Assembly (NCBI GenBank): GCA_041919015.1
Contig: JAYRUQ010000002.1
Span: 42,943 to 106,942, forward strand
Direction: 5' to 3'
From: Inhella sp.
GTDB taxonomy: Bacteria; Pseudomonadota; Gammaproteobacteria; Burkholderiales; Burkholderiaceae_C
Length of the DNA stretch: 64,000 nt
Position 1 is the stretch's first letter; each line of letters begins with the position of its first letter. Positions 47,887-64,000 of this stretch are shown one piece after another. Both the position numbers and the translations under genes were made by a program. The notes under the pieces were generated by a model. It made no database searches. It was given only the letters and a program-made list of their open reading frames with translations, and was not told the DNA's origin.

Positions 47887-49452
47887 TCAGCTCCGGTCCG
47901 CATTGGCGCGCGTCAGGCGCAGGTTGGCGATCGACAGCAGCGCCACCAGGATGAAGATCAGCGTGCTGATGGCCGCCGCCAGGCCGAAGTCCTGCCCCGA
48001 GTCGCGGAAGGCGATGCGGTAGGTGTAGGACACCAGGATGTCGGTCTGTCCGGCCGGGATCTTGGTGTTGAGGAAGTCGGGCCGCCCGTCGGTGAGCAGC
48101 GCGATCAGCACGAAGTTGTTGAAGTTGAACGCGAAGGCCGAGATCAGCAGCGGCATCAGCGGCTTGATGATCTGCGGCACCGTGATCTTGAAGAAGTTCG
48201 TCAGTGGTCCGGCGCCGACCAGGCTGCTGGCCTCGTAGAGGTCGGCCGGGATGGCCTTGAGCAGGCCGGTGCAGATGATCATGATGTAGGGGTAGCCCAG
48301 CCAGGTGTTGACGATCAGGATCATCAGCTTGGCCAGGAAGGGGTCGGCGAACCAGGCCGGCTTGATGCCGAACAGCGCGTCGAGGATCGCGTTGATCTCG
48401 CCGAAGTTCTGGTTGAACAGGCCCTTGAACACCAGGATGCTGATGAAGCCGGGCACCGCGTAGGGCAGGAAGAGCAGGGTGCGGTAGGCGGTGCGGCCCC
48501 TCAGGCCTTCCCAGTTCAGCAGCACCGCCAGGCTCATGCCCACCGCCAGCGAGAACACCACGGTGAGTGCGGCGAACACCACGGTCCAGATGAAGATGCT
48601 GACGAAGGGGCCGCGGAAATCCGGGTCGCCGAACAGCCGGCCGTAGTTCTTCCAGCCGGCGAAGACCTTGAAACCGGGCTGCAGTTGCTGACCGGCCGCC
48701 GAGGTGAAGAAGCCGGTATCGCGATCGGGTGTGTACAGGGTGCCGGTGGCGGCCTCGGTCAGCGAGCCGTCCGGGTTGGCGCGCCACAGCGGCTTCTTGG
48801 GCGCGAACTCGCGCAGGCCCACGTATTGCAGCTCGGGGGCGCCGGGCACCTGCAGGCGCAGCTGCTGCAGCACCTTGCGGTGTTCGATCAGCTCGCGCAG
48901 GCCCAGCGCCTGCGCGATGGCGTAGCTGGCCTGCGCCGGCGCCTGCAGCGTCACCACCGGTGGCGTGCGGCCGCTGCGCAGCGCCAACGGCCCGGACACC
49001 CACTGCGGCTCACCGGCCGCGTTGCGCAGCACCAGGCGGAACTCGGGGCCGTCGGCGTGCAGGCTGTAGGGCAGGGCGTCGGCCTCCTCGAACTCGCTCT
49101 GATCAAGCAGGTAGGCGCGCGAGCGCTCCTCCGTCAGCAGATTGCTCGACGAGTAATTGGTGAAGCCGAGCTGGAAGGTGTAGAGCAGCGGGAAGGCGAC
49201 GAACAGCAGCATGCCGGCGATGCCCGGCCACAGGTAGCGGTAGGCGAAGCCGACATTGCTCAGGTAGACGAAGAAGGCGCTGGCAAACAGCAGCAGCGCG
49301 CCCAGTCCCCAGAGGGTCTGGCCGGTGGCGATGATGGAGAACACCAGCCACAGGCAGGCCAGCATCAGCGCGGCCACCAGCGGCCACTTCAGCCAGGCCG
49401 GGTTGCCGCCGGCCAGCGGCGCTGTGGGGCGGGAAGTAAGGGTTGCGCTCAT
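47887..49452 (-). CDS. malF: Maltose/maltodextrin ABC transporter permease
   Basis: [10 protein letters not shown], large periplasmic loop, [22 protein letters not shown]. Confidence 0.93.
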   Translation of the reverse strand: MSATLTSRPTAPLAGGNPAWLKWPLVAALMLACLWLVFSIIATGQTLWGLGALLLFASAFFVYLSNVGFAYRYLWPGIAGMLLFVAFPLLYTFQLGFTNYSSSNLLTEERSRAYLLDQSEFEEADALPYSLHADGPEFRLVLRNAAGEPQWVSGPLALRSGRTPPVVTLQAPAQASYAIAQALGLRELIEHRKVLQQLRLQVPGAPELQYVGLREFAPKKPLWRANPDGSLTEAATGTLYTPDRDTGFFTSAAGQQLQPGFKVFAGWKNYGRLFGDPDFRGPFVSIFIWTVVFAALTVVFSLAVGMSLAVLLNWEGLRGRTAYRTLLFLPYAVPGFISILVFKGLFNQNFGEINAILDALFGIKPAWFADPFLAKLMILIVNTWLGYPYIMIICTGLLKAIPADLYEASSLVGAGPLTNFFKITVPQIIKPLMPLLISAFAFNFNNFVLIALLTDGRPDFLNTKIPAGQTDILVSYTYRIAFRDSGQDFGLAAAISTLIFILVALLSIANLRLTRANADRS

Positions 49453-49541
49453 GAAGTCTCCAGCGAAGGGCCGTTCCCGAGCAGGAGACAGCCCCCTCGG
49501 GGGGTGGCGAGCACGCGAAGCGGCACAGCCTGGGGGCTCAT
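49449..49541 (-). repeat. Palindromic intergenic element that reads as a 30-aa mini-ORF overlapping the malE stop and malF start
   Basis: CCCCC-TCG-GGGGG hairpin; 31 codons [30 protein letters not shown]; ATGA at both ends. Confidence 0.6.
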
Positions 49542-50716
49542 TTCTTCACCAGCATCCGCGCGGCGGCGCCGTCCAGTGCCTCGCGCGGGCTCTGCAGGCC
49601 GTTGGTGATGGCTTCGAGCGCGGCGTCCATCGCCGTCCAGAAGCGCCCGACCTCGGGGATGTTGGGCACCGGACGGCCGGCACGGGCGTTGTCCATGGTG
49701 GCGCGGATGTTGGCGTCGCGGCTCAGCTCGGCATAGAAGGCCTTGTTGGCCGGCACGCCCAGCGGCACATCGGCGTTCACCACCTTGAGCTGCTCGGGGC
49801 GCAGCAGGTGGTTCTCGAGGAATTCGCGGGCCACGTCCTTGAGCTTGCTCGGAGCGCTCACCATGCAGCCCAGCACACCGACGAAGGGCTGGCTGGGCTG
49901 GCCGGGCACCACGGCCGGGATCGGCGCCACGCCGAAGTCGATGCCCGCCTTCCTGGCGTTGTCCCAGGCCCAGGGGCCGGAAATCATCATGGCCACCTTG
50001 CCGCGCGCAAAACCGGCTTCCATCTCGGCGTAGCGTGCGCCCTTGGGCATCACACCCTGCTGCACCAGGCGCTGCAGCATCTCGGCGCCCTGGACCGCGC
50101 CGGCCTGGTTGACGCCGACCTGCTGGGCGTCGAAGTCACCCTGGGCGTCCTTGGCGAACACGTAGCCACCGGCGCCGGCCAGCATGGGCCAGGTGAAGAA
50201 GCTCTTGTTGAAGTCCCACAGCACGGCCTTCTTGCCCTGCTGGGCCAGGCGCGCGTCGAGGGCGATCAGCTCGTCGAAGGTGGCGGGCGGCTGTGCCACC
50301 AGCGCCTTGTTGTAGATCAGGCCGTTGGCCTCGATGCCGATCGGATAGCCCCACAGCCTGCCGCGGTAGCGGAACGCCTCCCAACTGGTCGCTTCGATCT
50401 CGTCGCGGATCGCCTTGGGCGGTCGCACCGCAACGATCAGGCCGGCCTTGGCCCACTCGCCCACGCGGTCGTGCGGCCAGCAGAAGATGTCCGGCCCCTT
50501 GCCGGCGCCGGCGGCCTGCTGGAACTTCTCGGGCGCCCCTTCCGGGTGCTGCACCTCGACGCGCACGCCCGAGAGCTTTTCAAAGGCGTCGCCGACGCGC
50601 TGCAGGCCGTTGTAGCCCTTGTCGCCGTTGATCCAGACCAGCAGCTTCAGATCGTCCTTGGCGGTCGCGGCCGAGCAGATCAGCGCGGCCGCGGCCGCGC
50701 ACAGCCAGGGCCTCAC
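49538..50716 (-). CDS. malE: Maltose/maltodextrin-binding periplasmic protein
   Basis: GTG start after GGAGG; VWINGDKGYNGL, GPDIFCWPHDR, SGPWAW, PFVGVL, PNIPE. Confidence 0.93.
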   Translation of the reverse strand: MRPWLCAAAAALICSAATAKDDLKLLVWINGDKGYNGLQRVGDAFEKLSGVRVEVQHPEGAPEKFQQAAGAGKGPDIFCWPHDRVGEWAKAGLIVAVRPPKAIRDEIEATSWEAFRYRGRLWGYPIGIEANGLIYNKALVAQPPATFDELIALDARLAQQGKKAVLWDFNKSFFTWPMLAGAGGYVFAKDAQGDFDAQQVGVNQAGAVQGAEMLQRLVQQGVMPKGARYAEMEAGFARGKVAMMISGPWAWDNARKAGIDFGVAPIPAVVPGQPSQPFVGVLGCMVSAPSKLKDVAREFLENHLLRPEQLKVVNADVPLGVPANKAFYAELSRDANIRATMDNARAGRPVPNIPEVGRFWTAMDAALEAITNGLQSPREALDGAAARMLVKK

Positions 50717-50774
50717 TGGTCTGCCCTCCGCGCAAAGCGCTGCGGGATTCGCACTTGGGAACGGCCCGGCGTGC

Positions 50775-50778
<4 letters not shown>
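50713..50778 (-). other. Intergenic element that reads as a 21-aa mini-ORF linking malK to malE
   Basis: ATG overlaps the malK TGA; MSTPGRSQVRIPQRFARRADQ*; its TGA overlaps the malE GTG. Confidence 0.55.
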
Positions 50779-51896
<1,118 letters not shown>

Positions 51897-51939
51897 TGCG
51901 TTGTCTCCGAACCGAAGTGGGCCAATATACCGACGCGCT

Positions 51940-51954
51940 TGTAGTTTCACAACA
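51940..51954. promoter_or_regulatory. HexR-like operator TGTAGTTTCACAACA
   Basis: One mismatch to TGTAGT-N3-ACTACA, upstream of malK. Confidence 0.65.
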
Positions 51955-52028
51955 GAACTGACCCGAAGGTCGCACTTGCAAAGAGTCATCTGAATCAATG
52001 TCTTGCGACAAGACCCGGGTTAACCCTG

Positions 52029-52043
52029 TGTAGTCAAACTACA
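52029..52043. promoter_or_regulatory. HexR-like operator TGTAGTCAAACTACA
   Basis: Perfect TGTAGT-N3-ACTACA in the divergent malK/glgP promoter. Confidence 0.75.
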
Positions 52044-52255
52044 TTCCAGCCGGACCCTGCGACATACTTTCGACCCAGGCGCTGCCAGCCCGGCCGCGCC
52101 GCCCGCCGCGGCTGTGCCCGCCGCTGGCGGTGCGCGCTGGCCTGCGGCATTCTTGCGACCGGCCCCTCACGGGCCTCCTGCGGTGTTCCCCAATGCCCCG
52201 TTCGACATCCGCCCCCCGTCCCAGCCCCCTGCCGACCGAAGCCGAGGCCCCTCCG

Positions 52256-54742
<2,487 letters not shown>

Positions 54743-54756
54743 ACCTGGAACGCCCG

Positions 54757-56573
54757 ATGCTGAGCCCCGACGAGCTGCGCCGCCTGCGCGACCCCAACGA
54801 GTTGCGCGTCCAGGAAATCCTGGGCGCGCACCCGGTCGAGCAGGAGGGCGTGGCCGGCGTGCGCTTCGCCGTCTGGGCGCCCAACGCGCGTCGCGCCTCG
54901 GTGGTGGGCGACTTCAACGCCTGGGACGGCCGCCGCCACCCGATGCACAACCAGCAGGGCTTCTGGTCGACCTTCGTGCCGGGCGTGGGCGCCGGTGCGC
55001 TCTACAAGTACGAGCTTGAGGACCGGCACGGCGCGCTGCTGCCGCTGCGCGCCGATCCCTGTGCCCTGGCCGCCGAACTCAGGCCGTCCACCGCCAGCGT
55101 GGTGACGGGCCTGCCGCCGCGCCGCGCGCTGCCGCCCGAACGGGCGGCCCTGAACCGGCGCGATGCGCCGATCAGCGTCTTCGAGGTGCACGCGCAAAGC
55201 TGGCGCAAGGGCAGGGACGGCGGTTTTCCCAGCTGGGAGGAGCTGGCCAACAGCCTGCCGGCCTACGCCGCGGGCCTCGGGTTCACGCACCTGGAGCTGC
55301 TGCCGATCAGCGAACACCCGTTCGACGGTTCCTGGGGCTATCAGACCCTCGGTCTGTTCGCACCGAGCCGGCGTTTCGGCGACCCGGCGCAGTTCGGGCT
55401 CTTCGTGCAGGCCTGCCACGATCACGGCCTCGGGCTGTTGCTCGACTGGGTGCCGGCGCATTTCCCCACCGATGCGCATGGCCTGGCGCGCTTCGACGGC
55501 ACGGCGCTCTATGAGTACCTGGATGCCCGCGAGGGCTTCCACCAGGACTGGAACACCTACATCCCGAACTTCGGCCGCGACGAGGTGCGCGCCTTCCTGG
55601 CCAGCAGCGCGCTGTACTGGGTGGAGCGATGGGGCGTCGACGGCCTGCGCGTCGACGCGGTGGCCTCGATGCTCTACCGCGACTACTCGCGCGCCGCCGG
55701 CCAGTGGATTCCCAACCATCAGGGCGGGCGCGAGAACCTCGAGGCCATCGCCTTGCTCCGGCATGTCAACGAGCAGGTCAGCCTGGCCGGCGGCATCACG
55801 GTGGCCGAGGAGAGCACCTCGTTTCCCGGCGTCAGCCAGCCCACCTACGCGGGCGGGCTGGGCTTCCACTTCAAGTGGAACATGGGCTGGATGAATGACA
55901 CGCTGCGCTACATCCAGCAGGACCCGGTGCACCGCCGTCACCACCACCACCAGATGACCTTCGGCTTGGTCTATGCGTTCAGCGAGAACTTCCTGCTGCC
56001 GATCAGCCACGACGAGGTGGTGCACGGCAAGGGCAGCCTGTGGGACAAGATGCCCGGCGACCCCTGGCAGAAGGCCGCCAACCTGCGCGCCTACCTGGGC
56101 TTCATGTGGGGGCATCCCGGCAAGAAGCTGCTCTTCATGGGCCAGGAGTGGGGCCAGCGCGGCGAATGGAACGAGGCCGCCGGCCTGCCCTGGCATCAGG
56201 CCGACGAGGCGGCGCACGCCGGCATCCGCCGCCTGGTGGCGGACCTCAACCAGCTCTACCGCAGCGAAAGCGCGCTGCACGAATTGGATTGCGAGAGCGC
56301 CGGCTTCGAGTGGCTGGTGTCGCACGACGAGGCGCACTCGGTCTACGCCTGGCTGCGCAAGGATCGCGCCGGCCGCCGCGTTCTGGTGGTGTGCAACTTC
56401 ACCCCCGTGCCGCGCCATGGCTATCGGCTGAACGTGGCCGGACGCTGGCGCGAGCGTCTCAACACCGACAGCGAACATTACGGCGGCAGCAACGTCGGCA
56501 ATGGTTCGCAGGCCCGCGAGCCCGCTCGCGAGGGCCTGGACCTGCCGCCGCTGGGCACCCTGTACTTGAGCGA

Positions 56574-56577
<4 letters not shown>
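54757..56577 (+). CDS. glgB: 1,4-alpha-glucan branching enzyme
   Basis: [42 protein letters not shown]. Confidence 0.95.
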
Positions 56578-58646
<2,069 letters not shown>

Positions 58647-58653
58647 GGAAGAC

Positions 58654-60168
58654 ATGAATCTCAACGAACGCGCCAGCGGCGTGCTGCTGCACATCAGCTC
58701 CCTGCCCGGACCGCATGGCATCGGCGATCTGGGCCCGACCAGCCTGCATTTCATCGATTGGCTGGCTGGCTGCGGTCAGACGGTCTGGCAGCTGCTGCCC
58801 ACCACGCCGATCGGCCCCGGCGACTCGCCCTACCAATCGGTCTCGGCCTTTGCGGGTTCGCCGCTGATGGTGGCGCTGGAGCCGTTGATCGAGCGCGGGT
58901 GGCTCGCCGCCCCCGTGGCACCGGATTTCGATGCCAATCGAGTCGACTTCGCCAAGGTGGTGCCCTGGCGCGAACAGCAGTTGCGAGCCGCCTTCGCCGG
59001 CTTCCAAGCGCACGCCACGGCGGCGGATCGTCAGTCCCTGGCGGACTGGATCGAGGCCGAGTCGCAATGGGCCGACGATTACGCGCTCTTCATGGCGCTG
59101 GAGCGTGCGCATGGTGGCGCCTGCTGGTGGGACTGGGCGCCCGAACTGCGCGCGCGCAAGAAGGCGGCGCTGAAGGCGGCTCGCGTCGCGCAGGCCGAGG
59201 AGATCGCCTTCTGGCAGTTCGTGCAGTGGCAGTTCGACGGGCAATTGGCCCAGATGAAGGCCTACGCCAATGCCAAGGGCGTGCGCATCATGGGTGACCT
59301 GCCGATCTTCATCGCCCACCACAGCGCCGACTGCTGGTCGCACCCCGAGCTCTACTTCCTGGACGACGACTACCAGCCCACCGTGGTGGCCGGCGTGCCG
59401 CCCGATGAGCTGGGCCCGCTCGGCCAGCGCTGGGGCAACCCGCTGTACCGCTGGGACAAGATGAAGCGCGGCGGATTTGCCTGGTGGGTGCAGCGTGTGC
59501 GCCGGGCCTTGGCGCAGGCCGATGTGTTCCGCATCGACCACTTCCGCGGTTTTGCCGGCTACTACGAGATCCCGGCCAGTTGCCCGACCGCCATGGAAGG
59601 CCGTTGGGTCAAGGGGCCGGGCCAGGCCCTGTTCGACGCCATTGCCGCCGAACTGGGTGAACTGCCCATCGTGGCCGAGGACTTGGGTCTGATCACCCCC
59701 GACGTCATCGAACTGCGCGATGGCTGCGGCTTCCCCGGCATGAAGATCCTGCAGTTCGCCTTCGGCGGCGACGGCGCGCACGAGTTCCTGCCGCACAACT
59801 ACGGGCGGCCTTTCGTCGTCTACACCGGCACGCACGACAACGACACCGTGCGCGGCTGGTGGCTGGCCGCCAAACCGCACGAGCGCGCGTTCGCCGGCGC
59901 CTACCTGGCCTGCGGTGAGCACGACGTGCACTGGGCCATGATCCGTGCCGCCGCCAACTCGGTGGCCAACCTGGCCGTGTTCCCGCTGCAAGACGTGCTG
60001 GGGCTGGACAGCACGCACCGCATGAACACGCCGGGCACGCTGGGCGGTCCGAACTGGACCTGGCGCTTCACCTGGGACAGGGTGGGCCCCGAGCCGGGCC
60101 GGGTGCTGGCCTTGATCACGGCCACCAGCGGCCGCGGACCGATGGCCCTGGCGAACCTCGACGTTTGA
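58654..60168 (+). CDS. malQ: 4-alpha-glucanotransferase (amylomaltase, GH77)
   Basis: SGVLLHISSLP, SPYQSVSAFAG, GQRWGNP, RIDHFRGF, AEDLG, YTGTHDN. Confidence 0.95.
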   Translation: MNLNERASGVLLHISSLPGPHGIGDLGPTSLHFIDWLAGCGQTVWQLLPTTPIGPGDSPYQSVSAFAGSPLMVALEPLIERGWLAAPVAPDFDANRVDFAKVVPWREQQLRAAFAGFQAHATAADRQSLADWIEAESQWADDYALFMALERAHGGACWWDWAPELRARKKAALKAARVAQAEEIAFWQFVQWQFDGQLAQMKAYANAKGVRIMGDLPIFIAHHSADCWSHPELYFLDDDYQPTVVAGVPPDELGPLGQRWGNPLYRWDKMKRGGFAWWVQRVRRALAQADVFRIDHFRGFAGYYEIPASCPTAMEGRWVKGPGQALFDAIAAELGELPIVAEDLGLITPDVIELRDGCGFPGMKILQFAFGGDGAHEFLPHNYGRPFVVYTGTHDNDTVRGWWLAAKPHERAFAGAYLACGEHDVHWAMIRAAANSVANLAVFPLQDVLGLDSTHRMNTPGTLGGPNWTWRFTWDRVGPEPGRVLALITATSGRGPMALANLDV

Positions 60169-60289
60169 CGGCTTGATGTCGGCGTGCTCGCTAGCATGAG
60201 GGGGGCGTCGGGCGCAATCTGTCACAGCCTTGGCCAGGGATAGTCCCTAGAGTCGCGCCGTGTCATCCATCACGGAAGCGGTACCTCCC

Positions 60290-60979
60290 ATGCAGTTCAA
60301 GTCCTCCCTGGTCGCGCTGGCCGCGACCCTCAGCTTCGGCGCCGCGCACGCGCTGGACGTCGTCAACGTCGGCGCCTTCACCCTGAGCTACGACGAAACG
60401 TCCGACCTCGGTTACGTCGCCGGCTGGTATTCCTCGAGCGGCTGGCAAGGCTTCGAGTGGACCGTGCCGGCCGCCGTGCAGGCCTCGCTGGTGGGTGGCG
60501 GGGCCACCCAGGCGGTGTTCACGCTGCCCTCGTTCACCCTGAGCGCCAACTCCGGCTGGCAACTGAGCGGTGACATTGGCGGCTTCATCGGCAATCTGGT
60601 CTACAACCTGGTCGGCGCCGGCGCCTCGGTGAGCGCCGAGGTCGAGGGCAATCTGTCGGTCGATGGCGGGCCGGCCGTGGCGGTCGGCGGCCTGCTGACG
60701 CAGACCGGCACCGCGGGTGTGCCGGGTGTGTTCGAGGTCGGCTACCTGTCGGGCAGCCAGACGGCCAACGTCGGCGCCTTCACCACGCTGAGCTTCACCG
60801 GGGGTCTGCTCAAGCTGAACGCATCGGGCGGCAGCTTCGCGGCCATCACCGCGCAGCCGCAGAACCTGATGAAGATCGACGTGGCGGTGGCCGAGGTGCC
60901 GGAGCCCGCGTCGCTGGCCCTGATGCTCGCCGGTCTCGGCGCGCTGGGCAGCGTGTATCGCCGCCGCACCCAACGCTGA
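60290..60979 (+). CDS. PEP-CTERM sorting-domain protein
   Basis: Signal peptide ending AHA; C-terminal VPEPASLALMLAGLGALG..RRR. Confidence 0.9.
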   Translation: MQFKSSLVALAATLSFGAAHALDVVNVGAFTLSYDETSDLGYVAGWYSSSGWQGFEWTVPAAVQASLVGGGATQAVFTLPSFTLSANSGWQLSGDIGGFIGNLVYNLVGAGASVSAEVEGNLSVDGGPAVAVGGLLTQTGTAGVPGVFEVGYLSGSQTANVGAFTTLSFTGGLLKLNASGGSFAAITAQPQNLMKIDVAVAEVPEPASLALMLAGLGALGSVYRRRTQR

Positions 60980-61002
60980 GCCGCGCGTCCCTCGCCCCTG
61001 TC

Positions 61003-61028
61003 AAGGCCCGCTGATGCAGCGGGCCTTT
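61003..61028. terminator. Terminator hairpin between convergent genes
   Basis: AAGGCCCGCTG-ATG-CAGCGGGCCTT perfect stem. Confidence 0.75.
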
Positions 61029-61033
61029 GTGTT

Positions 61034-62125
61034 TCAGGATTCGACGACCGCGTCGACCGCGAAGCGGAAGCACGAACCGATGCCGGACCGGCTCTCCACC
61101 TCGATGGTGTCGCCGCCCAGCATGCGCACCAGGCGCTGCGAGATCACCAACCCCAACCCGCTGCCGGCCTGCGCATGCGGTGCGCCCGGATCGACCTGGG
61201 CAAAGGGCTGGAACAGGCGGCCGAGGGCTTCCGGTGCGATGCCGCTGCCGGTGTCGGTGACCGAAAAATGCAGGCGCAGGCGATTGCCCGTGGCGCTCGA
61301 CAGCCGGTCGCGTTGGACATCGACGCGTACCTGACCGCTGTCGGTGAACTTCAGGGCGTTGCCCACCAGATTGGCCAGCACCTGGCGCAGGCGCAAGTCG
61401 TCGGCGCGCAGGCGCACCGGCAGGCCGGGCTGCAGCCTGGCCTGCAGGCCCACGCCCTTGGCATGCGCTTGGGCCAGCAGCGGCTGAAGGGCATCGCGCA
61501 GGCACTCGTGCAGCAGGAAGGGGCGCGGTGCCAGCTGCAGCGCGCCGGCGTCGAGCTTGGCGATGTCGAGCGTGTGATTGACCAGTTCCAGCAACTGGCG
61601 CGCCGACTGGTCCGCCATCTCCAGCAGCCGCCGCTGCCGCTCGCCCAGCTCGCTGGACAAGACCAGCTCGGTCAGACTGATGACCCCCGCCAGCGGCGTG
61701 CGCAGTTCGTGGCCCAGGGTTGCCGCCACACCGGCGGCGTCGGCCAGGGTCTGCTGCAGGGGCCAGACGCACAGCAGCAGCGGCGCCTGCGCGGTGCCCC
61801 GTGCACCATGCGGCGTGTCCCGTGCGCTCTGCGCGGCCGGCTGCTGCAGGGTCCACTCACAGGGACGCCCGTTCAGCGGCAGCCGGGCGCTCCAGTTGCG
61901 GCCGCTGTCCAGGGTGTCCCACACCCAGGCGTCCTCGCCGCCGAGCAACTCGGCCAGGCGCGGCAGCGTCGGCTCGGGGCCGAGCAGCAGGCGCATGCTG
62001 GCGTTGGTTTGCTGCAATTGGCCGTCGCCGGGACGCACCCAGGCCATGCCGACGGGCGCGTGGCGCCAAGCTTGTTCAGCGCACTGCTCGGCTTCGGGGG
62101 GCGGGAGTTCGGGGTCGCTGCGCAT
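61034..62125 (-). CDS. Soluble sensor histidine kinase (PAS-like, HisKA, HATPase), no receiver domain
   Basis: GHELRTPL H-box, NLVGNALKFT, DTGSGI, FQPF, GSGLGL. Confidence 0.85.
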   Translation of the reverse strand: MRSDPELPPPEAEQCAEQAWRHAPVGMAWVRPGDGQLQQTNASMRLLLGPEPTLPRLAELLGGEDAWVWDTLDSGRNWSARLPLNGRPCEWTLQQPAAQSARDTPHGARGTAQAPLLLCVWPLQQTLADAAGVAATLGHELRTPLAGVISLTELVLSSELGERQRRLLEMADQSARQLLELVNHTLDIAKLDAGALQLAPRPFLLHECLRDALQPLLAQAHAKGVGLQARLQPGLPVRLRADDLRLRQVLANLVGNALKFTDSGQVRVDVQRDRLSSATGNRLRLHFSVTDTGSGIAPEALGRLFQPFAQVDPGAPHAQAGSGLGLVISQRLVRMLGGDTIEVESRSGIGSCFRFAVDAVVES

Positions 62126-62162
62126 GCACGGCGGTCAAGGCTCGCCCTTGTAGCACGCGCTT

Positions 62163-62663
62163 TCAGCGCGCGCCGCGCACGCGACGCAGCTCGTCGACGA
62201 TCAGCAGCGCGGCGCCCAGGGTGATCGCCGAGTCCGCCACGTTGAAGGACGGGAAGGCCCAGCCGCCCCAGTGGAACTGCAGGAAGTCGATGACGTGGCC
62301 GTACAGCAGCCGGTCGATGGCATTGCCCAGCGCGCCGCCCAGGATCAAGGCCAGCGCCAACGCGAACAGGCGCTGGCCGCCGTGCGCGCGCAGCCACACG
62401 ACGATCAACACCGAAACGCCCAGCGCCAGTGCCGTGAAGAACCAGCGCTGCCAGCCGGCGGCACCGGCCAGGAAGCTGAACGCGGCCCCCGGGTTGTGCG
62501 CCCGCACCAGGTTGAAGAAGTCGGTGACGCGCCGGCCCTCGTGCAGCTCGAAGTGGCCGACGATCAGCACTTTGGTGTACTGGTCGAGCAGGATCACCAG
62601 CGCCGTCAGCAGCAGCCAGCGCCACCAGCGCGGCGCGGCCTTGCCCGAACCCGCGGCGGCCAT
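62163..62663 (-). CDS. lspA: Lipoprotein signal peptidase II
   Basis: [33 protein letters not shown]; directly follows ileS. Confidence 0.96.
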   Translation of the reverse strand: MAAAGSGKAAPRWWRWLLLTALVILLDQYTKVLIVGHFELHEGRRVTDFFNLVRAHNPGAAFSFLAGAAGWQRWFFTALALGVSVLIVVWLRAHGGQRLFALALALILGGALGNAIDRLLYGHVIDFLQFHWGGWAFPSFNVADSAITLGAALLIVDELRRVRGAR

Positions 62664-64000
62664 CAGGCGAACTGACGGGCTTCGCCCGCGCCGTGCAGGT
62701 TGTCGTCGCAACGCCCGCAAATCTGCGGGTGCGCCGGGTTGCGGCCGACGTCATCGCGGTAATGCCAGCAGCGTTCGCACTTGGCCGCGCTGCTGGGCGT
62801 CACCTCGATGTGCAAGGCCTCGCCCTTCAGCAGTTCCACCCTGGAGACGATCAGCACGAAGCGCAGGTCCTCGCCCAGCGAGGCCAGGGCCTGATAGTCC
62901 TCCTCACCGGCCACCGTCAAACGCAGCTCGGCCTGCAGCGAGGCGCCGATGCGGCCTTCTGCGCGCACCGTCTCGAGCGCCTTGTTGACCTCGGCGCGCA
63001 CCGCCTTGATGCGCTCCCACTTGTCCAGCAGCGCCGCGTCGTTCGACTCGAAGCTGCAGAAGGTCTGCGTGAACACGCTGCCCTGGCCGCCCAGCAGCGG
63101 CCAGGCCTCCTCGGCGGTGAAGCTGAGGAAGGGCGCCATCCAGCGCAGCATGGCGTGCAGGATCTGCCACAGCGCGGTCTGCGCCGAGCGCCGCGCCAGC
63201 GAGTGGGGCGCCGTGGTGTAGAGGCGGTCCTTCAGGACGTCCAGGTAGAACGCGCCGAGGTCCTCGGAGCAGAAGTTCTGCAGCTTGGCCACCACCGGGT
63301 GGAACTCGTAACGCTCGTAATGCTCGAGCAGATCGGCCTGCAACTGCGCGGCACGCGCCAGCGCGTGGCGGTCGATCTCGTACAGCTGGTCCGGCGCAAC
63401 GCTGTGCTGCGCGGCGTCGAAGTCGCTGACGTTGGCGAGCAGGAAGCGCAGGGTGTTGCGGATGCGCCGGTAGCTGTCGACCACGCGCGCCAGGATCTTG
63501 TCGTCGATGGCAAGGTCGCCCGAGTAGTCGGTGGCCGCCACCCAGAGGCGGATGATCTCGGCGCCCATCTTGTCGGCCACCAGCTGCGGAGCCAGCGTGT
63601 TGCCGACCGACTTGCTCATCTTCTTGCCCTGGCCGTCCACCGTGAAGCCATGGGTGAGCAGGCCCTTGTAGGGCGCACGGCCGTGCAGGGCACAGCCCAG
63701 CAGCAGCGCGGAATGGAACCAGCCGCGATGCTGGTCATGGCCTTCCAGGTAGAGGTCGGCCTCGGGGCCGCTCTCGTGAGCCAGACCGGCGTGGCTGCCC
63801 TTCATCACATGCTCGAAGGTCGAACCGGAGTCGAACCAGACCTCCAGGATGTCGCTGCTCTTGACGTAGTCGGCGCCGGCCGGCCCGAGCAAGTCCTCGG
63901 GGCTCAGGCGGCTCCAGGCCTCCACACCGCCGGCCTCGACGATCGCGGCGGCGCGGTCCAGCAGGGCCATGGTGTCGGGGTGCAGGTCGCCGCTCTCCCT
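62663..64000 (-). CDS. ileS: Isoleucyl-tRNA synthetase, C-terminal part (5' end outside window)
   Basis: [24 protein letters not shown]-terminal CERC...CGRC zinc finger. Confidence 0.96.
   Translation of the reverse strand, partial: RESGDLHPDTMALLDRAAAIVEAGGVEAWSRLSPEDLLGPAGADYVKSSDILEVWFDSGSTFEHVMKGSHAGLAHESGPEADLYLEGHDQHRGWFHSALLLGCALHGRAPYKGLLTHGFTVDGQGKKMSKSVGNTLAPQLVADKMGAEIIRLWVAATDYSGDLAIDDKILARVVDSYRRIRNTLRFLLANVSDFDAAQHSVAPDQLYEIDRHALARAAQLQADLLEHYERYEFHPVVAKLQNFCSEDLGAFYLDVLKDRLYTTAPHSLARRSAQTALWQILHAMLRWMAPFLSFTAEEAWPLLGGQGSVFTQTFCSFESNDAALLDKWERIKAVRAEVNKALETVRAEGRIGASLQAELRLTVAGEEDYQALASLGEDLRFVLIVSRVELLKGEALHIEVTPSSAAKCERCWHYRDDVGRNPAHPQICGRCDDNLHGAGEARQFA

Noticed and set aside
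60169-60289. Sigma-54 promoter for the PEP-CTERM gene
   Set aside because: No convincing TGGCAC-N5-TTGC match found

Overview
High-GC betaproteobacterial chromosome segment; the gene repertoire looks Burkholderiales/Sphaerotilaceae-like (inferred). Left to right: the 3' end of parE and parC, separated by two PIN-type toxin-antitoxin pairs and a GNAT; an RsbQ/KAI2-like hydrolase with a PAS-GGDEF cyclase; an M13 peptidase; a five-gene, fully overlap-coupled operon (cNMP-binding patatin, monomodular C-A-T-TE NRPS, DedA/VTT membrane protein, histidine phosphatase, quinone oxidoreductase); a LytS/LytTR pair; aminopeptidase P; kynBUA; a frameshifted ankyrin gene; LysR-gcdH. Next is a ~30 kb alpha-glucan region: glk-HexR fusion, second glk, TonB-dependent receptor with flavin-dependent halogenase, DUF6445-like protein and S9 peptidase, malKEFG with a GH13, and glgP-glgB-glgX-malQ, with six HexR-like operators. 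The window ends with a PEP-CTERM protein, an orphan kinase, lspA and partial ileS. Best novelty candidates: the patatin-NRPS operon, and hairpin-like spacers in the mal operon that read as mini-ORFs overlapping both neighbouring genes. No rRNA, tRNA, CRISPR array or transposase was recognised. All family calls come from motif recognition by eye, not database searches.
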